Shown: positions 1-7,355, numbered from the stretch's first letter. The stretch: 12,413 nucleotides of DNA from Candidatus Altiarchaeota archaeon (GCA_016931955.1 JAFGDV010000021.1:1-12413); one strand, 5' to 3'. A program made the numbers and translations. The notes: generated from the sequence alone by a model not told the origin.

Positions 1-212
1 CACCTCCGACAGCTATTCAAGGCGTAAAACACTGACTTCTCAGGGATAATATATACTACCTACTCCGGCAGGAATCTATTCCCTCCCCGTGACATTAAGA
101 GTGTTTTCTTTTTATTCTATCTGTTGTGATGTTGGCTCTCATCTGTTGACTATTTTCTTGAGCAGAGTGCTTGGGATATGGCTATTATTTGTTGGCTGTT
201 AATATTTAATTG

Positions 213-860
213 ATGGCTCATCAACATAGTTTGGATTACATCAAATCGGTTTTGGAAAGGGTGGGTTCAAACCTGGATCGTAGGATCACCGTTTACCATA
301 TTGGCGGGAATGCTATGTGTTTTCATGGGATGAAGGCCACTACCAAAGATGCTGACCTCGTGTTCCTTAGCATGAAAGGGGTGGAGTCCTTCAAGAGGGC
401 TCTGTTGAAATCTAATTTCATCGAGAACGAGATCGTATCCATAGATCCAGAATACAAGTGGACTGAACCATATGGCATATTCGACGAAAAAATCGAAACC
501 CCCGTAACAGACCGGAACTATTCACCTGGCCTGCGTGTAGACTTGTTTTATAGATTCATCTGCGGAGGATTCGAGTTCTCTAAGAGGATGAAATCTAGGA
601 GCAGGTTTGGGTTCGTATCTGGAGAAAATTTGAGGAACATGATCTGCGTTCCAGAGGACGTTCTCGTATTCAAGTCCATCACCCACCGGGATCGGGATAT
701 TGAGGACATGAACAGGATACTTCAGTTTAAGCCTGACATTGACGTTATACAGAGTGAATTAAGAAATCAGCTTGCAGGTAAAAAGGATCTTCTTGAGTCT
801 GTTCGGTGGAGCATTAATCAATTAAAGGAGAGGTTTGGCGTTAATGTTGCTTTGTTGTAG
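213..860 (+). CDS. DUF6036/AbiEii-like nucleotidyltransferase (putative type IV TA-like toxin)
   Basis: N-terminal hIGGxAh motif (IGGNAM) followed by TKDADL (DxD metal ligands), central RVDLF, and C-terminal PEDVLVFK...RDRDIED, the pattern of DUF6036/AbiEii-type Pol-beta-superfamily NTases. ATG at 213 preferred over TTG at 210. Confidence 0.8.
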   Translation: MAHQHSLDYIKSVLERVGSNLDRRITVYHIGGNAMCFHGMKATTKDADLVFLSMKGVESFKRALLKSNFIENEIVSIDPEYKWTEPYGIFDEKIETPVTDRNYSPGLRVDLFYRFICGGFEFSKRMKSRSRFGFVSGENLRNMICVPEDVLVFKSITHRDRDIEDMNRILQFKPDIDVIQSELRNQLAGKKDLLESVRWSINQLKERFGVNVALL

Positions 861-883
861 TGCATTTATGGCACGTATTACTA

Positions 884-920
884 TAAAACGATAATATTCT
901 TGTTTTACAATAATTTATAT
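884..920 (+). promoter_or_regulatory. Promoter of the wHTH gene: imperfect 24-bp palindrome followed by a TATA box
   Basis: TAAAACGATAATATTCTTGTTTTA (884-907, 10 of 12 positions symmetric). TTTATAT at 914-920 lies 24-30 nt before the ATG at 944. Confidence 0.55.
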
Positions 921-943
921 TCTCCTAATTCGAATAAGATAAC

Positions 944-1858
944 ATGGAACTATCGAAAACAGAGCTGAAAATCCTCCGGGCCATAATAGAAAGCAACGAG
1001 GCTACAGCACAGGAGGTCTCCGAAAAGACAGGCATCAGCGTATCCAGAGCATACGCCCTACTGGAGAAACTGGAAAAACAAAAATTCATCAAAAAACAAA
1101 AAAATAGTGGATACATCGCAACCAAAAAACAGGAAGTAATCAAACTAAGGAGGATATTCCGGTTATACTCTCCCGGCTTAATCGAGGAAACACTGGACAA
1201 ACCCCGGCTCAGAATACTAAAGTCGCTCTTCAACAGACCCTACACAGTCAGGGAACTATCATCCAAGACCAGCTTATCCAAGCCGCGAGTATATAACTAC
1301 CTCCAAGAGTTCAGATCGTTTGGTTTAGTCAAAAATGTGGGGGAAGAATATCTGCTAGCGACGGATCACCAGATTTATAGGGCCTTGCGTATAATGTTCA
1401 CGAAACCACCCGGATACCACCCTGAACTGGAAGGAGAGGGCGCCATAACGTGGGCTGGAAAAGGAGAGTATCTACTACATACACAGCATCCTGAATTACT
1501 CCCGGATGTTGAGGGGATAGTTATTGCTTCCCCTACGGCGGTGTCGGCTTTGGCGGAATACGGAATAAACGTATTCCCTCACGATGTGACATTTTATGTT
1601 TCAGAGACTACGACCAGTACAGGTGAGCGGATACGGGAATCAGGGCATGTACCCGTTGAGGATTTGATCCTGCATTTGCTTCTGGATGATCCCTACGCAG
1701 ATGAGAATAAACGTTACATTCGTTGGCTGATCACCGGAAACGAAGACAAAATAGATTACAAATACCTTAAAGACAAAGCACGAGAATATGATCTGACAAA
1801 CGAAATCAACAGCATACTCTATGATCTGAAACCTGTATTGAAGAGAAGACCAGAGTAA
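944..1858 (+). CDS. Tandem winged-HTH protein (TrmB/ArsR-like repeats) with C-terminal domain; putative antitoxin/regulator partner of the NTase
   Basis: Two similar wHTH repeats (ELKILRAI..TAQEVSEKTGISVSRAYALLEKL and RLRILKSL..TVRELSSKTSLSKPRVYNYLQEF). The C-terminal region (TAVSALAEYGI..EDLILHLL..IDYKYLKDKAREY) resembles archaeal proteins I recall beside DUF6036 genes. Confidence 0.7.
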   Translation: MELSKTELKILRAIIESNEATAQEVSEKTGISVSRAYALLEKLEKQKFIKKQKNSGYIATKKQEVIKLRRIFRLYSPGLIEETLDKPRLRILKSLFNRPYTVRELSSKTSLSKPRVYNYLQEFRSFGLVKNVGEEYLLATDHQIYRALRIMFTKPPGYHPELEGEGAITWAGKGEYLLHTQHPELLPDVEGIVIASPTAVSALAEYGINVFPHDVTFYVSETTTSTGERIRESGHVPVEDLILHLLLDDPYADENKRYIRWLITGNEDKIDYKYLKDKAREYDLTNEINSILYDLKPVLKRRPE

Positions 1859-1981
1859 CCTCAAAGGGGGGATTCAGGAACGTACAAACCCCTATTTCAA
1901 AACAGAAGACATTACACAGTGCGACTTCTGGCATGATCCTTTATTCCTGTAAGCCGTCCATTTGTTCTGGTGCGCCTTCCT

Positions 1982-2899
1982 TTATAGTTTCCCTTTTTCT
2001 TCCGCATATTCTTTCACGGTTTTCTTTTTCACATGCCAGTTTCTGCCGATCTTTATTGCCTCGATTTTTCCCCTACGAGCTAGGAGGCTGAGATAATCCT
2101 GCGAATAAGGCGTGTTTTTAGCGGCCTCGGCTAACGTGATATACTCTTCTCCGCTCTTGAATGCGTCCAAGTACAGGTCAAGGCTGCGTTCCACGTTTCT
2201 GGCTATGAAATCTATGAATGGCGTCACTTCGTCTTGGTCGGCCTTCTTCAGTCGGTCATAGTATTTTTTCCTATCAACCTTCAGCACCATGGTTACCGGG
2301 TAGCCGTGGCGCATAAGCCAGAGATTCATCACCAGGCGTGCAGTCCTCCCGTTGCCGTCGGTGAAGGGGTGAATCCCCACAAGCCTGTAATGTATGATAG
2401 CCGCCAGCTCCAATGCGTTGAGCTTGTCCGGGTTTGAGCCAACATATCCCATGAATTCCTCCATCAACGAGAATACTTTCTCAAACCTAGGCGGACTCTT
2501 CACCGCCCCCAGAATCCTCACGTTCATCCTCCGGTATATGCCGGCGTTCTCGTCGTCTATTCCTGCCAGAACAAGGCCGTGAAGCTCCCGTATGACGTCT
2601 CCAGATAACTGTGTTTTCTTCTTCACGAGGCTTTCAAGGAGTTCAAACGCCTTCTGGTGGTTTATGGCTTCGAAGTGCTCCCTCAGGGGTTTGCCTTTGA
2701 TTGTTATGCCTTCCTCTATCACCATCTGCGTTTCCTTGAGCGTGAGAGTGTTCCCTTCTATGGCGTTGCTGTTGTAGGCAAGCTCTATCGCAAACTGTTT
2801 TCTGAGCTTTTCCAGCGCCCCTCTAGGAAGCGGTCTCAAGGCATCAAGTTCCTTCTTTTTGCGGATCACCCGCTCATACAGGTTTCTATCCATCAACAT
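1982..2899 (-). CDS. Fic family AMP-transferase (class II, FICD/HYPE-like core) with C-terminal excisionase-like HTH
   Basis: Canonical HPFTDGNGRTAR motif, N-terminal inhibitory motif SNAIEGN, and C-terminal YITLAEAAK..YLSLLARRGKIEAIKIGRNWHV typical of HTH_17/Xis-like domains. Start may be 2899 or 2893. Confidence 0.92.
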   Translation of the reverse strand: MLMDRNLYERVIRKKKELDALRPLPRGALEKLRKQFAIELAYNSNAIEGNTLTLKETQMVIEEGITIKGKPLREHFEAINHQKAFELLESLVKKKTQLSGDVIRELHGLVLAGIDDENAGIYRRMNVRILGAVKSPPRFEKVFSLMEEFMGYVGSNPDKLNALELAAIIHYRLVGIHPFTDGNGRTARLVMNLWLMRHGYPVTMVLKVDRKKYYDRLKKADQDEVTPFIDFIARNVERSLDLYLDAFKSGEEYITLAEAAKNTPYSQDYLSLLARRGKIEAIKIGRNWHVKKKTVKEYAEEKGKL

Positions 2900-2911
2900 A
2901 TAATATTATTG

Positions 2912-2944
2912 TATCGGATAGCTTAAAAAACAAACCATCCGATA
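2912..2944 (-). promoter_or_regulatory. Fic1 promoter: TATA-like box bracketed by a perfect 8-bp inverted repeat
   Basis: TATCGGAT (2912-2919), N17, ATCCGATA (2937-2944). The spacer contains minus-strand TTTTTAAG (2929-2922), 23-30 nt before the ATG at 2899. Confidence 0.6.
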
Positions 2945-2991
2945 TTAAAGATGCCACTGGAAGGATTCCAGTATTTGGATCAGGGCGACTT

Positions 2992-3014
2992 TTTATCCCT
3001 CAACTTCAACATAT
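2992..3014. repeat. Direct repeat copy 1 (TTTATCCCTCAACTTCAACATAT)
   Basis: 22/23 identical to 4117-4139; both copies are preceded by GGCG(A/G)C. Confidence 0.85.
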
Positions 3015-3100
3015 TTAAAGAACAAAAAACCACAGTCAACTAGGGTGATACGGATGATGTCCTCGCTCACAACCATCTGCTGTTATTAACCCCCATAGAA

Positions 3101-3991
3101 TCACTTTTTGAGGTATTTTTTGTTTTCTTTCAGATATTTTTTGATGAACCACTGAACGAATATGTGATCCTGCTTTTTGGTTTGCGCTCTCTCCAGTGCG
3201 TTGTAGTAGCTCGTCCTGTTTTCGTAGGGTATGTTCATCATCGGATACCCCTCTCTGTGGAGTATGTAGTTCATCACCAGTCTGCTTATCCTTCCGTTTC
3301 CATCGCCGAATGGGTGTATTGTGACCAATTTAAGGTGGGCGAAGGCTGCGATTTCCACCGGATTTAGATTTTTTTTGTTTTTGTTGTACCAGCTGAAGTA
3401 ATCTTTCAGCAGAGGATAGACTTCTACCGGTGTGGGTGGCATATATTTGCTTCCTGATATTGCTACCTGGTAGTCTCGTATCTTTCCAGCTATATCCGGC
3501 TTGGTTTCGAATAATAGTTTTTTGTGCCAGTAGGTTACTGTCCGTAGATTCAAGTCCTTCCGATACCCTAAGATCTCCTGGAATAGTCTGTCGTGTGCTT
3601 CTGCTTCTTTGACGTCATCCAAGGGTTTTCCTTTCGGCGAGATGCCTTTTTCAAGAAGCTCTGCAGTTTCCCTGTATGTAAGCTTGGAACCCTCTATCCT
3701 GTTTGTGTCGTATGTAAATTTTATCGAGAATATGCGGGTCTGTTTTGCGCTAATCGACGGTGGAATCCTATGGAGCTCCTTGGAGTAATTTTCCTTTATT
3801 GATTCAAGGAGGAGATACCACCGGGTCTTGTAGATTTCCGCAAGGAAAGACCTCTTTATATCCTCTATGTTTTTAGGAACGTTTTTCCCCAGGTACCTCT
3901 CCTCCTTCCTGACCTTGCTGCCTTCTCTTACTGTGTGCTCGAGATAATAGTATGTTTTTCCCCTCACAGTCCTTTTTGTCACGTGGACCAT
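3101..3991 (-). CDS. Fic family AMP-transferase (class II) with basic N-terminal beta-rich extension
   Basis: HPFGDGNGRISR catalytic motif, TNRIEG inhibitory motif, and N-terminal KRTVRGKTYYYLEHTVREGSKVRKEERYLGK extension. Confidence 0.92.
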   Translation of the reverse strand: MVHVTKRTVRGKTYYYLEHTVREGSKVRKEERYLGKNVPKNIEDIKRSFLAEIYKTRWYLLLESIKENYSKELHRIPPSISAKQTRIFSIKFTYDTNRIEGSKLTYRETAELLEKGISPKGKPLDDVKEAEAHDRLFQEILGYRKDLNLRTVTYWHKKLLFETKPDIAGKIRDYQVAISGSKYMPPTPVEVYPLLKDYFSWYNKNKKNLNPVEIAAFAHLKLVTIHPFGDGNGRISRLVMNYILHREGYPMMNIPYENRTSYYNALERAQTKKQDHIFVQWFIKKYLKENKKYLKK

Positions 3992-4005
3992 GATATACTA
4001 TTACC

Positions 4006-4047
4006 ACTACATATTTAAAAAATAGTGTAGGATTAGATAAATGTAGT
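4006..4047 (-). promoter_or_regulatory. Fic2 promoter: TATA-like box with flanking CTACA/TGTAG repeats
   Basis: Minus-strand TTTTTTAAAT (4022-4013), 22-31 nt before the ATG at 3991. ACTACAT 4006-4012, TGTAG 4026-4030, ATGTAGT 4041-4047. Confidence 0.45.
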
Positions 4048-4116
4048 TATAACAAGTGACGAATGCAGACGTCTCTGACCACCTCCAGAGAGACTCCTAC
4101 ATTAGTTTAAGGCGGC

Positions 4117-4139
4117 TTTATCCCTCAACTTTAACATAT
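4117..4139. repeat. Direct repeat copy 2 (TTTATCCCTCAACTTTAACATAT)
   Basis: 22/23 identical to 2992-3014. Confidence 0.85.
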
Positions 4140-4167
4140 GTCTGAGCCAAGACCCATCGGTCTCGTT

Positions 4168-4189
4168 AATCCCAAAAGAAAGAGGGATT
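4168..4189 (-). terminator. Possible terminator of the carS-hsp20 run
   Basis: AATCCC-N10-GGGATT stem whose loop reads TCTTTCTTTT on the minus strand, 13 nt after the hsp20 stop. Confidence 0.35.
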
Positions 4190-4202
4190 TATTGCAGTAA
4201 TT

Positions 4203-4559
4203 CTATTTTATCTCTAGTCTTTTCTTTACCTGTTTTTTTGGCAGGTTTATTTCGAGTATGCCTTGCCTGAATTCTGAGCTCGCCTTTTCGGGGTCTACTG
4301 TGTGGGGTAATTCTATCATCTTATGGAATGATTCGAATTCGATGCATCTCTGCACGGTCCCCCATCTGCAGAATTTATAGGTCCTGCCCATCTTGGCCTT
4401 CACTTCCAGGGTGTTTTCAGTCAATAGGACTTCTATGTCTTCTTTTTTCACACAGGGGAGGTCCATGCTAACTATCAAGTGCTCTCCTCTATCATATATC
4501 TGTGCGAGGGGCTCCATGCACTTGTCTTTGAGATCCCAGCTGAAGTCTTTTTCACGCAT
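4203..4559 (-). CDS. hsp20: Small heat-shock protein (Hsp20/alpha-crystallin family)
   Basis: EPLAQIYD..DLPCVKKEDIEV..FHKMIELP..VDP..FRQGILEINLPK and C-terminal LEI (IXI-like) motif. SD-like AGGTGA lies 4 nt before the ATG. Confidence 0.92.
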   Translation of the reverse strand: MREKDFSWDLKDKCMEPLAQIYDRGEHLIVSMDLPCVKKEDIEVLLTENTLEVKAKMGRTYKFCRWGTVQRCIEFESFHKMIELPHTVDPEKASSEFRQGILEINLPKKQVKKRLEIK

Positions 4560-4563
4560 TCTA

Positions 4564-5310
4564 TCACCTGTACATCATGGGTATCTCCTGTTCTTGGGTT
4601 TTCTGCATGCCCTGTAGTGCGTTGTCTGTTCTCTTCATGAGGTCCCTGGCTTTTATCCTTATCTCTTCCGCCTTCTCTTTGAGCGATTTAACGTCTACAT
4701 TTATGTCAAGTATCTTGTTTAATGCTGTGATGACTGACGCTGCAGCCCCCGGGTCAGGGTACTTCAGGTGGGATTCGGCCATCAAGTATGTCGAGTTGAC
4801 GTCTTTTCTCATGCATTCTCTTAGGATGGCGCCGTATGATCCAACTAGAAGCCCTTCCTCGAAGACCTTTATATCTGCTTCGGCGAGCACGTCAAACATT
4901 TTTCCGTTGGATGGTAGACCGTATACTTCAGGAGTATCTATTTCAACCCTGTCTTGGCGTGCGATTCCGCCGATGGAGATGACGTAATTGAATCTCCTGT
5001 CTACGCACCAGTCAACCAGTGCCTTAGAGAGTGGGTTTATCAATGGGGGTGCGAGGGGCATCTCTGATATGAAGGCGATCAGTTTTTTGTTCCCATAGAA
5101 TCTTATCGGTGACTTAGGGGTGTGATCGTGTACTACGACGATTGGCGGAAACAGTTCGGAGTCAAGGTAACCCAGCTCTTCCAGCTTCATCTCCTCTATG
5201 ATGTGGGTTACAGCTATTGGTCCGACGAGTCCGACGTCTGGTATCCCCAAGATGAGGTTAGCTTTCTCACTCACGTTCCCAGTCTCTATAACCCCTACTC
5301 TGTCTTCCAT
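4564..5310 (-). CDS. PAC2-family proteasome assembly chaperone/activator with C-terminal HbYX (M-Y-R)
   Basis: GIPDVGLVGPIA, SPIRFY, ISIGG, PDPGAAA, C-terminal coiled segment ending MMYR. Start moved to the ATG at 5310 (MEDRV), which avoids overlap with the upstream gene. Confidence 0.88.
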   Translation of the reverse strand: MEDRVGVIETGNVSEKANLILGIPDVGLVGPIAVTHIIEEMKLEELGYLDSELFPPIVVVHDHTPKSPIRFYGNKKLIAFISEMPLAPPLINPLSKALVDWCVDRRFNYVISIGGIARQDRVEIDTPEVYGLPSNGKMFDVLAEADIKVFEEGLLVGSYGAILRECMRKDVNSTYLMAESHLKYPDPGAAASVITALNKILDINVDVKSLKEKAEEIRIKARDLMKRTDNALQGMQKTQEQEIPMMYR

Positions 5311-5339
5311 TCTCGCATCAATATCTTTGAATTCTAGAC

Positions 5340-6128
5340 TTAAATAACGTCTTTGCATTCAAGTTCTTTGAGTCGGAATTCAAGCCTGCCTTTGGTTCTC
5401 CTGTACTTGGACATCAGCCTTTCTTCGCCCTTGATTTCCTTGACTCGAACCTCTATCCATTTGTCTGTTATCCTCACAAGGTTGTAGCTTTGGGGTATTG
5501 TCGCCCTTACTTTTTCGGTTGAAGGTGAACCTGCTGTGACTACTGCTATGTTGTTTATGAACCATGAGTAGGGTGTGTGGCGGTGCCCTGAAAGGGTCAA
5601 GTCGACGCCTTCTTCGACTAGGATCTTTAAAACATCTCCTGCGTCGTTCAGGACAGCTCTTTCTCGTCCAGTCATCGGAACAGGCACCAGGTGGTGGTGT
5701 AGCACGACAACCTTCAGGCTGTCTTCTGGTATGTCGGCAAGCTTGTCTTTAAGCCATCTCTGCTTTCCCCTCCCAAGATTCCCTTCATCTAGATCTGGGA
5801 TTGTGCTATCCAATCCTATGAGGGTCAGCTCCTCTGAGAACTCTCTTACATTGTTTCCGTGGCCGAAGTGTTTTTCGAAGTATATATCTCCCCGGTATCG
5901 TGCGTCGTGGTTTCCGGGTATTATGAATTTTTCCTGCCTGAACTGGTCTATGTATTCCCTTGCTAGGCTGAATTCTTCCTTGAATCCGAAGCCAGTTAAG
6001 TCGCCGCTTAACACCAGCAGGTCCGGATCTCTTTCGTTAACTTCCTTGATGCATGCTTCAAGCATCTCAGGGAGGAAGTTCACCTTCCCCACATGGATGT
6101 CTGAGACATGTGCTATGAGTAAGTCCAT
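5340..6128 (-). CDS. Calcineurin-like metallophosphoesterase (Icc/CpdA-like)
   Basis: All five motifs present: SDIH, SGDL, GNHD, LHH, GHRH. Confidence 0.9.
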   Translation of the reverse strand: MDLLIAHVSDIHVGKVNFLPEMLEACIKEVNERDPDLLVLSGDLTGFGFKEEFSLAREYIDQFRQEKFIIPGNHDARYRGDIYFEKHFGHGNNVREFSEELTLIGLDSTIPDLDEGNLGRGKQRWLKDKLADIPEDSLKVVVLHHHLVPVPMTGRERAVLNDAGDVLKILVEEGVDLTLSGHRHTPYSWFINNIAVVTAGSPSTEKVRATIPQSYNLVRITDKWIEVRVKEIKGEERLMSKYRRTKGRLEFRLKELECKDVI

Positions 6129-6153
6129 CCTCTCAGTAATCTATTAAAAGGGT

Positions 6154-6816
6154 CTACTTAAATACTTCCCCGGTCTCCTTGAACCAGAGGAGCAGGTCTA
6201 GTTCATCCATTGGAATACCCACCTTCTCTGAGAAGTCCCTCATAGCCTCTTCTATCTGCAAGTACCTCTTACGTGTGAGGTTCTCAGGTATCCTGTCTAT
6301 GACCCCCAAGGGGGGGAGGTTCTTGAGTATGTGTCTGTCCAGTATCGCTATATTGTCGCCTAAGCCGGTGTTCCTGAGGAAATGGCTTGCTTCCTTCATC
6401 CCCAGACCTTTCACGTTCTTGATGAGGCAGTCTCTGAGTTCGGTTATGTTCTCTTCTTCAAGCAATTTCTTGATGCTTTTTTTGTTGAACCATTCCCTGG
6501 CTTGTATGATGTTTCCCGCCTTTGTGCGGTGGAATCTAACCCCGGTATTCCTTAAGAAATCCGTGAGCTCCTCTCTGCTGCATGAGTAGAGTCTTCCGCA
6601 GTCCATCAGGGGTTTGACTGCGTTGAACCACACTGATTTAGCCTTCGACTGGGGCGTGCAGAGGCAGAAACAGAGTTCAGCGAACAACCTCTTCTCTGAT
6701 TCGGCGCCCATCTGCTTGAACTCCTTCAGTCGGTTTCTTATGTGCTCCCTGTTTGTCTTATAGAGCTCCTTTAGTTCGGACACTACCAGGGGTTCCTCTT
6801 TAGCTTCCATATCCAT
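6154..6816 (-). CDS. ogg: 8-oxoguanine DNA glycosylase/AP lyase (Ogg2 type)
   Basis: ELCFCLCTPQS, HhH motif VKGLGMKEASHFLRN, AILDRHIL, and conserved C-terminus LDLLLWFKETGEVFK. True start may be the GTG at 6783 overlapping the carS stop. Confidence 0.92.
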   Translation of the reverse strand: MDMEAKEEPLVVSELKELYKTNREHIRNRLKEFKQMGAESEKRLFAELCFCLCTPQSKAKSVWFNAVKPLMDCGRLYSCSREELTDFLRNTGVRFHRTKAGNIIQAREWFNKKSIKKLLEEENITELRDCLIKNVKGLGMKEASHFLRNTGLGDNIAILDRHILKNLPPLGVIDRIPENLTRKRYLQIEEAMRDFSEKVGIPMDELDLLLWFKETGEVFK

Positions 6817-7355
6817 GCAATGAAGTTCGCTATTATATGTAGTATGGGTGTTATCACGACTACGACGAAGAAGCGATCATAATCGAGGGTCTTTGTGAGG
6901 AGCCATGCGAAAAAGAACGCGCCGAATACGAAATCAAGTTGGTCTAGCAGCGGCGCAGGGTCGCCTGATCTGAGGTTAGCCCTTCTCTTAACGAAGCTCG
7001 CGATCATGTCTCCTACGAGGGTTCCTAGGCTCAGCATGAAGGCGAGCTCTATGTGCATCTGGGGTAGAACAAGCCCCGGTAATCCAAGAATCCCCCGGAG
7101 TAACACGGTCGCATCCGACTGAAACATGGCCTGGGTCAAGCCCATTAATGTGCCCCCCAGCACTCCTACAAAGAATCCCCTCCATGTTTTCCCGTCACCT
7201 AGGAGTCTCACCCCATGCCATTCCTTGCCGCCGTCTATGGGTTTGCCGTATTTCTCCAGGAACCCTATCTTAGAGAACTGTACTGGCGCCGAGTTGGCGA
7301 AATACGCAGGCAGGATGAACCACAGTGCCTGTATGATCCGTACTTCCACACCCAT
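6783..7355 (-). CDS. carS: CDP-archaeol synthase
   Basis: PAYFANSAPV, PIDGG, GDGKTWRG, GDMIASFVKRR and PLLDQLDF motifs plus several hydrophobic segments. Confidence 0.93.
   Translation of the reverse strand: MGVEVRIIQALWFILPAYFANSAPVQFSKIGFLEKYGKPIDGGKEWHGVRLLGDGKTWRGFFVGVLGGTLMGLTQAMFQSDATVLLRGILGLPGLVLPQMHIELAFMLSLGTLVGDMIASFVKRRANLRSGDPAPLLDQLDFVFGAFFFAWLLTKTLDYDRFFVVVVITPILHIIANFIAWIWKLKRNPW

Noticed and set aside
1-209. Possible gene end (HLRQLFKA* at 1-27) or small ORFs in the leftmost region
   Set aside because: Too short and motif-free; context outside the window is needed.
1859-1981. Possible third repeat copy, CAGAAG/CTTCTG hairpin and a GFRNV peptide between the convergent genes
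   Set aside because: Only fragmentary matches, compatible with chance.
2993-3076. 27-codon minus-strand ORF (MVVSEDIIR...YVEVEG*) ending in repeat copy 1; copy 2 reads YVKVEG*
   Set aside because: No promoter or family support, and the similarity does not extend beyond the repeat. It remains an alternative origin for the repeat as a duplicated gene end.
2992-4139. CRISPR interpretation of the 23-bp repeats
   Set aside because: Only two copies 1.1 kb apart, no spacer periodicity and no cas genes.
5311-5358. N-terminal extension of PAC2 given by the ORF track
   Set aside because: Overlaps the phosphoesterase 3' end; the ATG at 5310 gives a family-typical start.
4577-6589. Long plus-strand ORFs 4577-4987, 5575-6147 and 6179-6589, and the other short antisense or alternate-frame ORFs in the track
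   Set aside because: Shadows of well-supported genes; Ser/Phe-rich with no recognisable motifs.
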